Assembly: GCA_038087875.1 (NCBI GenBank)
Contig: JAXLNO010001567.1
Location: 1 to 64,000 of the forward strand
Reading direction: 5' to 3'
Origin: Malacoraja senta
Taxonomy: Eukaryota
Length of the DNA: 64,000 nucleotides
Part shown: piece after piece, positions 11,605-25,959 of the stretch
How positions within the stretch are numbered: the stretch's first letter is position 1
How the letters are laid out: the number at the start of each line of letters is the position of its first letter
Notes under the pieces: model-generated
Told to the model about the DNA's origin: nothing
What the model saw: the letters and a program-made list of their open reading frames with translations, nothing else
Databases searched by the model: none
Position numbers and translations under genes: made by a program

Positions 11605-14260
11605 CACAAAAATGCTGGAGAAACTCAGCGGGTGCAACAGCATCTATGGAGCGAAGGAAATAGGTAACGTTTCGGGCCGAAACCCTTCTTCAGACTGATA
11701 GGGGGTGGGGAGAAGAAAGGAAAAAAGGAAAAGGAGGAGGAGGAGCCCGAGGGCTGGGGGAGAGGCGGAGACAACCAGATGGCTGATGAAGGGGAGGGGA
11801 CAGCCAGGGCTAGCAGAATTGGGAGAATTCAACGTTCAGGCCACCAGGATGTAGACTGCCCAAGCGGAATATGAGGTGCATTTCCTCCAATTTACGGTGT
11901 TGCTCGCTGTGGCCATGGAGGAGACCCAGGACAGAGAGGTCAGATACGGAATGGGAGGGGGAGTTGAAGTGCTGAGCCACCGGGAGTTCAGGTTGGTTAT
12001 TGCGGACCGACCGGAGGTGTTCTGCGAAACGATCGCCAAGCCTCCGCTTGGTCTCACCGATGTAGATCAGCTGGCATCTAGAGCAGCGAATGCAATAGAT
12101 GAGGTTGGAGGAGATGCAGGTGAACCTCTGTCGCACCTGGAACGACTGCTTGGGTCCTGGAATGGAGTGGAGGGGGGAAGTGAAGGGACAAGTGTTGCAT
12201 CTCTTGCGGTTGCAAGGGAAAGTACCAGGGGAGGGGGTGGTATGGGAGGGAAGGGAAGAATTGACAAGGGAGTTACGGAGGGAGCGGTCTTTGCGGAAGG
12301 CAGACATAGGGGGAGATGGGAAGATGTGGCGAGTGGTGGGGTCACGTTGGAGGTGGCGGAACTGACGGAGGATCACTTGTTGTATGTGACGGCTGGTGGG
12401 GTGAAAGGTGAGGACTAGGGGGACTCTGCCTTTGTTGTGAGTGGGGGGATGGGGAGAGAGAGCAGTGTTGCGGGGTATGGCAGAGACCCTGGTGCGAGCC
12501 TCATCTATGGTGGAGGAGGGGAACCCCCGTTCCCTGAAGAATGAGGACATTTCAGATGCCCTGGTGTGGAACGCCTCATCCTGGGAGCAGATGAGGCGTA
12601 GACGGAGGAATTGGGAGTGGGGGATGGAGTCCTTACAGGAAGCAGGGTGGGAAGAAGTGTAGTCCAGATAGCCATGGGAGTCGGTAGGTTTGTAGTGGAT
12701 GTCGGTAAGGAGTCTATCACCTGCGATGGAGATAGTGAGGTCAAGGAATGGTAGGGAAGTGTCGGAAATGGTCCAGGTGTATTTGAGTGCCGGATGGAAG
12801 TTGGTGGTGAAGCGGATGAAGTCAGTCAGTTGTGTGTGGGTGCAGGATGTGGCACCAAAACAATCATCGATGTAGCGGAGGTAGAGGTCGGGGATGGGGC
12901 CCTGGTACGCATTGAACAGGGATTGTTCTACGTACCCGACAAAGAGGCAGGCGTAGCTGGGGCCCATGCGTGTGCCCATAGCTACGCCTTGTATTTGGAG
13001 GAAATGGGAGGAGTCAAATGAAAAGTTATTAAGTGTAAGTACCAGCTCCGCTAGGCGGAGGAGGGTGTCAGTGGCCGGGTATAGATTGCTTCTACGGTCG
13101 AGGAAAAACGGAGGGCTTTGAGACCATCCTGGTGGGGGATGGAGGTGTACAGTGACTGGACGTCCATGGTGAAGATGAGGGGGTGAGGGCCTAGAGAGTG
13201 GAATGCGCGGAGATGACGGAGAGTGTCTGAGGTGTCTTGAACATAGGTAGGGAGGGATTTAACCAAGGGGGAGAGGATGGAGTCGAGGTAGGTGGAGATG
13301 AGTTCGGTGGGGCACGGACAGGCAGAGACAATGGGTCTACCGGGACAGTCAGGTTTGTGGATTTTGGGGAGAAGGTAAAAGCGGGCTGTGCGGGGCTGGG
13401 GAACGATGAGGTTGGAGGCTCGTTCGGGCAGGGCGTGGGAGTGGATGAAGTTGGTGATGGTGCTGGAGATGGTGGCCTGGTGCTCGTCAGTGGGGTCATG
13501 GTCCAGGGGTAAGTAGGAAGAGGTGTCCGAGAGTTGGCGCGTGGCCTCAGCTTTTTAGAGGTCGACGTGCCAGACTACCACGGCACCTCCCTTGTCGGCG
13601 GGTTTGATAACCCAATCTAGGTTGTTGCGGAGTGAGTCGATGGCAGTGCGTTCAAGGGGGGAGAGATTGGAGTGAGACAGGGGAGTGGAGAAGTTGAGGC
13701 GGCTGATGTCACGGCGGCAGTTTTTAATAAAGAGTTCTAAAGCCGGAAGGCTGCGAGGGGGGTTCCATGAGGATGGGGTGCGTTGGAGATGGGAAAAGGG
13801 GTCATCAGTGGGGAGCGAGGACTGCTTCCCATGGAAGTGAGCTGTGAGGCGGAGGCGACGGTAGAAGCGTTCCAAGTCATGGAGGGCACGGAACTCATTG
13901 AGATGGGGACGGAGGGGGACAAAGGTAAGACCTCTGCTGAGGACAGACCGTTCGATGTCGGAGAGGGGGAGGTCGGGGGGGGATGGTGAACACCCGGCAG
14001 GGATGGGGGTTGGGGCCGGAGGAAGGCAGGTGGGTGTAATGGGGACGAGGCGATGTGTGGTGGGGGGGTGGTGGGGTGGTGTGGGGGGGGGGGGTCCTAT
14101 TCACTGCCTGTTGCCGCACATGGCAGCAGACACCATCCCCACCAGTTCCCCCTTCATTCTTGGTGGCGCCCCCATCCCCACAGTACCTCATTTGTTCTCG
14201 TCCCCCTCAATGGGACAGCCTCCCTGTGCTGAATGCCCTACGTCTACAATGTTCTGAGTA
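11605..14260 (-). mobile_element. Long Penelope-like element (RT + GIY-YIG), frameshifted
   Basis: ORF 11810-12979 contains MGTRMGPSYACLF, YLRYIDD and GIY-YIG. Upstream ORF pieces contain VIKPADKGGAVVVW and IFTMDVQSLYTSIPH. A pseudo-LTR lies at the 3' end (about 11605-11700). Confidence 0.95.
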
Positions 14261-17200
14261 TAAGATTAGATTAAGCAATGCTCACTGTTGGTCTTTGTAC
14301 CTGCAAACCTTTATTACTTTGTTGGTCTGTTTGAATACAAACATTCTTGGGTGTTCTTGTCTGTACAAACTAAAATGTGTTGGTTTCTCTGTGACGTTTG
14401 AATTCGGGTATCATGCTCACCAATCTTTTTTAACAGATGCAGCATGGAAACTGGCCTTTCTGCCCACTGAGTCTTCACTGACCATCAATCACCCATACAC
14501 TACTTCTATGTTTTCCCTGTTTCACATCCTACACACTAGGGGCAATTTACAGCGGCCAATAAACCTACAAACCCACACGTCTTTGGAACGTGGGACGAAA
14601 CAATAGACAATAGAGAATAGACAATAGGTGCAGGAGTAGGCCATTTGGCCCTTCGAGCCAGCACCGCCATTCAATGTGATCATGGCTGATCATCCCCAAT
14701 CAGTACCCCGTTCCTGCCTTCTTGTCATATCCCCTGACACCGCTATCTTTAAGAGCCCTATCTAGCTCTCTCTTGAAAGTATCCAGAGAACCGGCCTCCA
14801 CTGCCCTCTGAGCACCCAGAGGAAAGCCGAGCGGTCACAGGGAGAACGTATCAACTCCATACAAACAGAACCCATTGTTGGGATCCTTCTTGTGTCTGTG
14901 TAGGAAGGCACTGCAGATGCTGGCTTACACCAAAGATAGAGACAAAATACTGGAGTAACGCAGTGGAACAGGCAGCATCTATGGATAAAAGGAATGTATC
15001 TTCTTGTACCCCACTCGTTATATATTAATTTATTGTAATTGGAGCAGTCTGCAAAACTCTCCATAGACGAGACAAGTGTTTATGTGGATTGGCTACCATT
15101 AAACACTAGTCCCCTGCAATGAAATGCAGATTTAGCATTTTACAGATCAATACTTTGAGGGCCCCGTTTACAATGATATGTGCATCCCATCATTTAGAAT
15201 GCCCCTTCGCCTACTCTTTTGAAGCCTTCTCCACACATATAGTCACAGAGACACACAAATAGAACCTTCAGCCGACAGTCCACTCTGACCATGAAGCACT
15301 CATTCCATACCATTCCATCCCACCATTGAATAGATCTACAGGAGGTGCTGCCTCAGAAAGACAGCTAATATCATCAGAGACCCACACCACCCTGGCCATA
15401 CTCTCAGGGCCGGCCACCCTGGACCAGGAATTCGCCCGGAAGATCTGGCCCATCCATCACGGACTGAGTTCTTGCTCGCTGTGGACCGTGGATGGAGGAC
15501 CCACCTGGAAGGCCCAGCTTGCCCGCCCAGAGTGGAAGGAGTCAGATGGATGGCTTATAGGCAGACAGGCTGCGGGAGGGAATGGACTGCCTCAACAGTG
15601 GAGTGGGCGCTGGAGACCCTACAGCAGCCTGGGGCTTGGCTGTTCCAGGCGCTGCTCCAAGAGGCCGGGCACATGGACCAGTTGCGCCCTGCAGCAGTAG
15701 AGGACACCACAGCTTCGATTGGACAGGTCAACCCTGCAACAACACCAGGACAATGGGCCTCATGGTCAACCCAAGAACCCTCACTTACAACAACTGGGAC
15801 GTGAAAATGGCACCATAAACTGGCGACACTGTATACTGTCTCAGCGTACTACTGCTATACACTTGTACTGTATCTGAGATGCTTATCTAAGATGTATCTA
15901 AGGGCTTATATATAGTGATACTTGTACTAAACTGTATACAATAATGAATTTCACTGTACCTCAGTACATGCCACAAATAAAATACCGTTGAACCAATCAA
16001 CTGTCTCTGAGGTTAGAGAGCCTGAGAACTGTTAGCTCCAGGTTTAAGAGCAGCTTTTTTCTCATGAGCAGCAGGCATTTAAACACTGCACAACACGAAC
16101 CACAACCTTACCTCAACAACTCTGATCTGTGATGGACTTTATTTTGGTTGCAGTAAGGACGTTTGTTTTTCCACTGTTATGGTCTGGTTACCTAGTATAA
16201 CTAATAGTAATTTATTTTACCATTGATTGTTGTATATTTAATATATGTATAAGAATTTCATTGTTCCATTGCCAGTACAGATGACAATTAAACTCTTGCT
16301 CTTGATCAACTCATTCTTATTCTCTGCAAGTTCCCATCATCTCTCTCCAGATTCTATCACTTACCTACAAATGACAGTCAATTTACATTGAAGAAACAAG
16401 GAACTACAAATGTTGGTTCACAAAGAGACGCAAAGTGCTGGAGCACCTTAGTGGGTCCGGCAGCATCCCTGGAGATCACGGATATGTGATGATGGATAGA
16501 TGTTTCGGGTCAAGACCCCTTCTTCACTCTGTGGAAGGGTGTTTACCCTAAACGTCATCAAGCCACGTTCTCCGGAGATGCTGCCTGACCAGCTGAGTTA
16601 CTCCAGCACTTAGCGATAGACACAAAATGCTGGAATAACTCAGTGGGTCAGGCAGCATCTCTGGAGAATAGGAATGGGTGATGTATCAGATTGAGGCCCC
16701 TCTTCAAACTTTGTCATCATTGTGCTAACTTGCTCCATCCCATTCACCCATCATCTTTCTGATTGAAAAATATTCAGATTTTAAACTCTGATCATTGTAT
16801 TTAAATATCTAAGACCAACAGCTCTTTCATTCAAAGCATATCTTTCAATCATTTGTTCTTATATATCTCTATATCACCGCCTGTATCTCTCGTTTCCCTT
16901 TCCCCTGACTATCAGTCTGAAGAATGGTCTCGACCTGAAACGCTACCTATTCCTTTTCTCCAGAGTCGCTGTCGGACCCGCTGAGTTACTCCAGCATTTT
17001 GTGTCTATCTTCGGTTTAAACCAGCATCTGCAGTTCCTTCCTACGCAGCTCCTCCCTCGGCATGCATACAGTCCATACAATTTCACAGTTGAGGTTAGCG
17101 TTGTGTATTGTTCAAGTGCGTGATAGTTGTTGGGAAGAAGCTATTCTTGAATCTGGTTGTCATGGTTTTCAGACACCTATACTTTCTTCCCCATGGTGGG

Positions 17201-19179
17201 AGGTAATGAAAGCGTGGCCAGGGGGATGATGTTGCCTTCCTTTTTGAGGCAGCGTCTCGTGTGGATCCCTTAGATGGTGGTGAGGTCAGAACCCACGATG
17301 AACCGGGCAGTATAACTTCCTGATTATTCACAAATTTAAGTATTTCATCTGAAGAGCAGGCCTAAGTCATAGAAGTCTAAATATCCCTTCCTTTAAGATG
17401 CACCTTAAATGTTTATTTTGCTAATTGTCATGTCATGCCATTATACTGCTCGAAGTAAAATGTTACAGAATAATATTCTTACGAATCTCATTGAAGCATT
17501 TTCCTACATTGGAACTGCTATAAATGTTATTCTTTATATCTAAGCCTGTTTCCCCTTTCACCAAATTAGATTATTACCATCAAAGGAGAATGTCATTGTT
17601 TTGTTTGGCTCTGGAGATGCGTCCTGGAATGTGATCATTAAAATCTTCCCGTATATTGAACCCTGAACGACACTAAACTCAACTATGATTAATGAACAAA
17701 ATAAAGTGTTGGAGTAACTCAGCAGATCAGGCAGCATGGATAGGTAATGTGTCGAGTCGGACCCTGTAGACCTATGGACTGTCTTTGGTTAAACTAAGCA
17801 TTCGAGGTGTTTTTGCACATGTATTGGGATTATCAATTAACTGGATTTTTAGTATGTTATCTATTTGTTTTGTCTTACAGGTCTGCTAAGCTGCTACAAG
17901 AATTTCATTGTTTTGTAGTCAGCACATATGACAATTGAACATTCTATACTCTCTTTCCTTCTGGATTCTCTTGTGGAGTGGGATCAAACCTAACCTAAGC
18001 AAAATGTTGCCATTCATCCTTTGTTCCCAATCTCTGATATTCTATAAGATCATAACCGATCCTCCAGCAGACAACCATTTTTCCGAATTCTGGATTCGTT
18101 TTGTATCCAAGCATCTTCCTATCCCTGCCTCAAGCATCTGATTGACTGAATGCCCACAGCCTTCTTGGACAGAGAATTTGAAAGACTAATTACCCTCTGG
18201 GTGAAAAGATTTCATCTCATTACTGCACTGAATTCAACGATTCAATGATATTTTATTGTCACATGCACCTAGGTACAGTGAAATACTTTGTTTCGCATAC
18301 AACGGTAAAATCATATAGCAGACCTAACCTAGGCAATACACAAGTGTCACCATGTTTTGGTGCCATAAGAATGTCTGAAGCCTTATTTTTAAACTGTGAA
18401 TTTTGGTTCCAGACACACCAGTCTGGGGAGAAATAAAAAGATCATCCCTCATGTTCTGAACTTTGACTCACTTCATAAGTCAATGGTGCAGAATTTGGTT
18501 GTTCAGCCCATCGAGTTTACTCCACAATTTAATCATGGCTGACCTATCGTTCCCTCTCAGTGCCGTTCTCCTGTCATCTCCCTGTGACCTTTGACACTCT
18601 TACAAATCGGGCGGCATTTTCTGTTTTTGTATTCCAGTCCTCTTGATATAAATCACCTTCCTGACTACCGATTCAATTTGCAAATTAACCTTTTAGGAGT
18701 CCTGCACCAACACTCCCATGTCACTGTGTGCCTCCGATTTCTGGATTCTCTCTCCATTTGTAAAATAATCTACGCCTTTATTCTTATTACCAAAATGCAT
18801 GTCTCCACACTTTGCTATACTGGATTTCATCTGCCACTTCTCTGCCCACTCTCCTAACCCGAACAAGTCCTTCTGCAAAGTCCTTGCATCCTCTACACTG
18901 CCTGCCCCTCCACCTATTTTAGCATCATCTGCAAACTTGGCCACATCACTACTAAACAACATAAACGTGACGACCGCACGTTTGGAGCTAAGAGTTGTCA
19001 CTCAGTCAATAGCAAAATCCACAGTGTGTGCTAATCTTTTAATGATTTTGCATTGTACTAGTGCCTCGCTCTCTTCCCACATTTCAGAATCAGATCAATC
19101 AGAATCAGAATCACACTTTATTCGCCAAGTATGTTTTGCAACATACGAGGAATTTGGCCATAAACTTGAACCTGTCAAA

Positions 19180-20110
19180 CAATGCACTTTGTGTAGGATA
19201 GAACTGCAGATGCTGGTTTAACTCGAAGGTAGACACAAAATGCTGGAGTAACTCAGCAGGCCAGCAGCATCTCTGGAGAGAAGGAATGGGCGACCTATCG
19301 GGTCGAGACCCTTCTTCAGACTGATGTCAGGGGAGTTGACGGGACAAAGATAGAATGTAGTTGAAGACACTAAGACTAGTGGAAGAACTGGGAAGGGGGA
19401 GGGGATAGAGAGGGAAAGCAAGGGCAATTTAAAGTTAGAGAAGTCAATGTTCATACCGCTGGGGTGTAAACTACCCAAGTGAAATATGAGGTGCTATTCC
19501 TCCAATTTGCACTGGGCCTCACCCTGACAATGGAGGAGGCCCAGGACAGAAAGGTCAGATTGTGAATGGGAGGGGAAGTTGAAGTGCTGAGCAACCAGGA
19601 GATCAGGTAGGTTAAGATGGACAGAGCGGAGTAGTTCAGTGAAATGATTGCCGAGCCTGTGCTTGGCCTCACTGATGTAGAGAAGTTGACACCTGCAACT
19701 GCGGATACAGTAGATGAGGTTGGAGGAGGTGCAAGTGAACCTCTGCCTCACCTGGAAAGACTGTTTGGGTCCTTGGATGGAGTCGAGAAGGGAGGCAAAG
19801 GGACACGTGTTGCATCTCCTGCGGTTGCAGGGGAAAGTACCTGGGGAGGGGGTGGTTTGGGTGGAAAAGGACGAGTTGACCAGGGAATTTCGGAGGGAAT
19901 GGTCTCCACGGAAAGCAGAAAGAGGTGGAGATGGGAAGATGTGGCCAGTATTGGGATCCTGTTGGAGGTGGCAAAAAATGATGGAGGATCATATGCTGTG
20001 CGACGGCTGATGGGGTGGAAGGTGAGGACAAGGGGGACTCTGTCCTTGTTACGAATGTGGGGGGAAGGGAGAGCAAGAGCGGAGCGAGGAAACCCTAGTG
20101 AATGCCTCGC
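19180..20110 (-). mobile_element. Decayed Penelope-like 3' fragment
   Basis: ORF 19494-19751 has RQRFTCTSSNLIYCIRSCRCQLLYISE. A pseudo-LTR lies at about 19200-19325. Similar fragments lie at about 9090-9960, 31800-32340 and 51605-52240. Confidence 0.85.
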
Positions 20111-20391
20111 TCCTGTTTGTTTTACACGAGTTAAAATCAGTTTAAACCAATATCTGTAGTTCCTTCTTCCACAAAGGAAACGGGGCATTGTGCAAATCAA
20201 AGCAGAAATTCCAGTCTGGATTGTACTGAAACAGTGGAGATTAAACCCTTTTAACGTCCGTCCGCATGAACCATGAATCAGACTGAATGTGTATTGCGCG
20301 CTTTTTTAAACTCAGTCGCCTCCGGTCAAGATTGAGATAAAGCCAAGACGCTTTTAGCCAGTAGCGAATAAAATGAGAATCATTAACTTGC

Positions 20392-20443
20392 CTGCTTGAG
20401 CCCCTTGTACGCGGAAGAAACTCAACAAGATGAACAGAATCAT
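20392..20443 (-). CDS. Signal-peptide (leader) exon of a second MHC class I-like paralogue, MILFILLSFFRVQGAQA
   Basis: It has the same 52-nt CDS length and phase as the leader at 61817-61868 and a similar sequence (M[IL]LF[IT]LL[SN]...V). It ends in CAG|GCAAGT, a consensus GC-type donor. An in-frame upstream ATG lies at 20464. Confidence 0.65.
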
Positions 20444-20517
20444 TTCACGCACAACGTCTCGCATCAACAGCAGCAACTGAGCCAAACTTCACCAACATCA
20501 AAGCAGGATCTCATCAT

Positions 20518-20561
20518 GCAATCAGAATCAAAATACCACGGGTCGTCACCAGTTGTCGAGC
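20518..20561 (-). promoter_or_regulatory. SXY-like module (X1-like CTCGACAACTGG, X2 TGACG, degenerate Y box ATTGC)
   Basis: TGACG is at 20544-20548 and ATTGC at 20518-20522. The 21-bp spacing is identical to that in the promoter at 62007-62037. Confidence 0.55.
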
Positions 20562-23500
20562 GATGTCATTGAACCAGCAGGAAACAATTGACTGTAATGG
20601 AGACACGAGGAGGTGCTGATGCTGATTTACAACAACAAAAGACACAAAGTGCTGGTGTAACTCAACAGGTCAGGTCGCAACTCCGGAGGGCATAGATAGG
20701 TGACGATAGACACAAAGCGCTGGAGTAACTCAACGGGTCGAGCAGCATCTTTGGAGAAAAAGGATAGGTGACTATTGTCAGTCTGAAGTAGGGTCCCAAT
20801 CTGAAACAGCGCCTGTCAATGTCCTCCAGAGATGTTGCCCGACCTGCTGAGTTACTCCAGCACTTTGGTTTTATCGCACTCTATAGCAAATGGAATGGAA
20901 AGGCAGGGCGTAGTTGCCTGGAACTGTAATTACGTTTCAGATAACTCCATTCTTATGCTGCTAACTGCTCCTTATGTTACCATTCAGGAGACCCATAAAT
21001 CCAATGCCTATCCTGACTTGAATCATTACAATGCAGAACAAAAAGGAGGAAACCAAACACTGTACACAGCAGGTAGAGCTGCTGCCTCACAGCACCAGAG
21101 ACCAGCGTTAGATCCTGACCTCTGGTATTGTCTGTGTAGATTTTCTTTAAGAAAGAACTGCAGATGCTGGAAAAATCGAAGGTAGACAAAAATGCTGGAG
21201 AAACTCAGCGGGTGAGGCAGCATCTATGGAGCAAAGGAATAGGCGACGTTTCTGGTCGAAACCCTCCAAGAAGGGTCTTGACCCAAAACTATTCCTTCGC
21301 TCCATAGATGCTGCCTCACCCCCTGAGTTTCTCCAGCATTTTTGTCTAGCTACTGTATAGATTTTGTTCCTTCTTCCTGTGACCACCTGGGTTCTTCCCG
21401 GGTGCTCTGGTTTTCTCCCACATTCCACAGGTGTGTGGGTTTGTCAGTTAATTGACATCTGTAAATTTCCCCTAGTGTGTGTGGGGATTGGACAAAAAAG
21501 TGGGATAACATTGAACTAGTATGAAGGGGTGACCGGTGGTCAGCATGGTGGGCTGAAGGGCCTGTTTCCATGTTGTATCTTTCAACTCAAAATGGAATTC
21601 TGTAAAACAGTTATATTGGAAGCTAGTTTGGACATTGAAACTGTGGAGCAAATGGTGGTGGATATAGACGGCGATGGTGTCTACAAATTTATCAAGGATC
21701 TATATCCGATATGGGGAGAACTTACACAATAGCATTGGTATTGGTTTATTATTGTCACTTGTATTGTGATATAGTGAAAAGCTTTTATTTGCATCCTAAT
21801 CAAACCAGATCAGGAATGACTGAGGGATTGTATTGAACAACAGGGCAGGCTTGTGGGCCTGTTTCAATGCAATAAACTCCATATCAATGTACCATATAAA
21901 GAATGCAGGTGCTGGTATGGTTGGTGATGAGCCCAAAATATTGCTTTTGTAATTCAAGATATCCTCAGTGTTGCAACGGTAGAGTTGCTGCCTATAGCAG
22001 CAGAGACTCAGGTCGATTCTGACTAACGGTGCTGTCTGTACGGTGTTTGTACATTCTCCCTGCATCTCCATGCGTGACTGCATTGTTTTTCTCTGGGTGC
22101 TCCAGTTTCCTCCCACATCTCAAAGAAGTACAGGTTTTTAGGTTAATTTGCTTTGGTAAAATTGTAAATTGTCACCTGTCGTGGTATAGTACTATTGTAC
22201 GGGGAGTTAGCGAGGACTCGGTGGGCCGAAGGGCCTGCTTCTGTGATGTACCTCTGAAGTCTAATGTCAAAATGTTAATTTCTATTCATTTTAATTTTCA
22301 GCTCTTTACCAAAATCATTTCAATCAACCCAAAGATGTCTGTGTTTCTCCCTCACTACACCAGATTTAAGTCTGCATTTTTAAAAATGCTTTTAATTTTG
22401 CTCGGATAGTGCTGAACTAATTTGCTTATGTTACTGGAGTTTGTAACCCACAGCAGTGACCACAGTAAGCAAGAGACATCAAATACATGAACACAAGAAA
22501 AGAGAAGCAGGAATAGGCCCACAAGCCACTGGCAGAATTAGTCCAAACCAATGTTTTAGTCCATATTACTCAAGCACTGATAGAGGCCACATTATTCTGC
22601 TCCCTTCTCCCTAAAGTTTAGTTTAGTTTATTATTGTAATGTGTACAAAAATGCAGTGAAATACCATGTTTTGCATGCTATCCAGTCATAATACACCATA
22701 CATGACTACAATCATAAACAAGTAAGAGTGCAATGATTGTAGTGGGTAATTGTAGAGATCACAAGAAAAATGAAGTATTTGTTGGCCATGAGTAAAGTCT
22801 GTTCTGCAGCTCAATTAGGTCATGACTGATCTACTCATGACCAGAAGAGTCTGTAGCCAGTAACCCACAACTTCCCAAAGAAACAAATCCATCCTTCTCA
22901 GTAACGTAATGAATCTACAATCTGCAGTTGAAAATTCCCATGATTCGTTATCATCTGGGAGAAAAATAAAACAATTTTCTCCTCAGTTTGAAACTTTGGC
23001 CTCCAAGGTCTAGTCTCCTCCATGAGGGGAACTATCAAGAACAGGAGGAAATAGAACAGTAGTAGGCTATCAGCCCCTGAGAATAGTCACCATTCAATAA
23101 AATGATCACTGTTCAGTTGGCCTCAGCTCCTTAGATTAGTTTGGTTTAGAGGTACAGCCTTGAAACAGGCCCTTAGGCCCACTGTGTCTGCCCTGACCAG
23201 TGATCCCCCCACACTAACACTATCCTACACACACCTGGGGCCAATTAACCTGCAAACCTGCATGTCTTTGGAGAGTGGGAGGAAGCTGGAACCCCCAGAG
23301 AAAACCCACACAGGTCACGGGGAGAACGTAAAAAATCCATACATACAGCACCCATGGTCAAGATCAAACCTGGGTCTCTGGCACTGTAGCAACTCTACCG
23401 CTGCCACTCCGTGCCACCCCTTTGCGTCACCGTGCTGCCTACACAGTTCTATCCTATACACATGGGACAATTTACAGATGTCAATTAACCTATAAACCTG

Positions 23501-25959
23501 CAGGTCTTTGGAACTGGGAGGAAACCAAAGCACCAGGGGAAAACCCATGCAGTCACAGAGAGAACATACAAAGTTGGTACAGACAGCACCCTTAGTCAGG
23601 ATCAAACCTGAGTCACAGGTACTGCAAGGAAGTAACTCCACTGCTGTGCCACTCTGAGGCCCCTCTGATTGAAATGTTGGTTGCAAGTTCTAACTTTATT
23701 CATGAGGGTAATCGTCAACAACACAAGTAAAAATAGCAGAAGTGGACTCCTCCTCTGTTCCATTACCCCAAAACCCTCAATTGCCTGAATCTTTCAAAGC
23801 TTTCTCTATCTGTTCATAAGCATATCTAATGCCTTAGCCACCACCACCTCTGGGCACAGAATTCCAACGATTCACACCCTTCAGAAAGAAGTAATTTTTA
23901 TGTACCTCAGTTTTAAACAACTGGTCCCTTATTCTGTAGTTGTTTCCCATTGTTTTTAGACTTTCCCACCAGTGAAACATCTCAACATCTATCATGAAAA
24001 GCCCCTTAATATATTGCATGTGTGAATAAGGTCACTCATCACTTTCTACACTCCAAGGAATGCAGACCTAAAGTGTTTACCGCTCTTGATAGGACAACCT
24101 TTTCATCTCTTGACTTAGTTTGGTGAATTTCACCTGGTCTGCATCCAATGCTCCTATACCCTTTTTAATGTTAAACTGTGTGCGGTTTTCCAGTTATTGA
24201 CTCACTATCATCCTGCATAATTCCAATATAACTTCCCTGTTCTTAAATTCCATCCCCTTTGCAGTAAAGACTGCATTTTTTCCATTGGTTACTGGGCCTG
24301 CTACTAACTTAATTTGATGCATGCACTTGAATACCAAGATCCCATCTGAACTTCACTCAGTTACAGTCTCTCTCCATTTAGACAAGAATCCACCATTTAA
24401 GGTTTAGCTTGAGGTTTGTTATTGTGATGTGTACCAAGGTACGGTGAAAAGCATTGTGTTTGCTGTTGTATACATAAATACTATCAAGCCAAACGCAAGT
24501 ACAATAGGCAGACTGAAGGATAAGATACAGAGTGAAGAATATAGCTCTCAACAATATTGTACAACAGTTCCAGAGACAAAATCCAATGGCCATATTGAGG
24601 TAAAGGAGAATTGGGAATGGGTCCTAGCACATGGAACATTCAAAAGCCTGATAACAGAGTAGAGGAAGCTGTTCCTGTGTCTGGTGCTCTACACCTTTAA
24701 GCTCTGCATCTTCTGCCTGATGGAAGTGGAGAAAAAAGGAATCACTAGTGTGAGAAAGGTCTTTGACAATGTTGGCTGTCTTCCTGAAGAGGCAGGAAGT
24801 GTAAATGGAGACAATGATGGGCAGTCTGGTCTGTGTGATGGACTGTGCTACATCTACACCTCTCTGCAATATCTTGTGGTCTTGGGCAAAGCTATTCTGA
24901 AAACAAGCTGTGATGTAACCTGATAGTATGCTTTCTATGGTGCATCTATGGAAGTTGGTAAGAGTCATTGGACACATACCAAATTTCCTCAGTCGTCTGA
25001 GGTAATGGAGGCATTGGTGTGCCTTCTTGGCTGTCCCTTCAATGTGGTTGGTCCATCAAGGTTCATTGGTAATATTTACACCAAAGAATTTGAAGCTCTC
25101 AACCATTTCTACTTTGGCACCATTGATACTCATTGGGGCAAGCTGACTTGATTCCTCATGCCAAAGAGCATGACTCGAAACATCACCAATTCTACTTAGA
25201 GATGCTGCTTGTCCTGCTAAGTTACTCCAGCATTTTGTGTCTATCTTCAGTGTGAAGCAGCATTTGTAGTTCCTTCCTACACAATTTGGCTGCTCCACTG
25301 AGAAATCTCCTCAAGGTATGCCTACTTTGAAGAAGTTCTCCTCCTCTCTCCAACGAGAGTTCTGCAGTCCGAACATGGGTCTCGACCTGAAACGTCACCC
25401 ATTCCTTCTATCTAGAGATGCTGCCTGTCCCGCTGAGTTATTCCAGCATTTTGTGTCTATCTTCAGCATGACCTCACAGTTTCCCACATTAAACACATTA
25501 GCCAGGTTTTGACTAATCACTCAAGCTATCTATATCCTGTTGTAAAATCATACTTTCCTCATTAAACCGTGCCATTTCATCTATTTTTGTATCATTTCCA
25601 AAACTGAGTCCTTACATTGGTTTCCTGCTCCAATTAGTTGAGGGGAGCCCTGATAGAAGTATGTAAAATTATGAAAGGCATGGATAGGTTTGGCTCCCGT
25701 CTGGCAGGTGCAGAAGATTGAAGGCACGTACCACCAGCCTCAGCGACAGCTTCTTCCCCTCTGTTATCTGGCTTCTGAACAGTTTTTCTGTAGGTTATGG
25801 TAAGTATGATTTACCTCTATCCACCGAGATCATTGGTCTTTCTCACTGGAAATGATGCGCTACAATGCTGAGATCATTATGCTGCATGATATTATTCCCC
25901 TTTTAATTGATTATATCTTTGTATAGTATATCTAATCTGTTTGGATAGCATGGCATGCC

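Noticed and set aside
11876-12418. Long ORFs antisense to Penelope and CR1 (also 1580-1969, 765-1157, 13898-14257, 19644-20159)
   Set aside because: These are shadow frames of GC-rich retroelement coding sequence.
21529-21732. ORF containing VDIDGDG (EF-hand-like)
   Set aside because: It starts inside a SINE tail, is a single short motif without the EF-hand helix pattern, and has no splice support.
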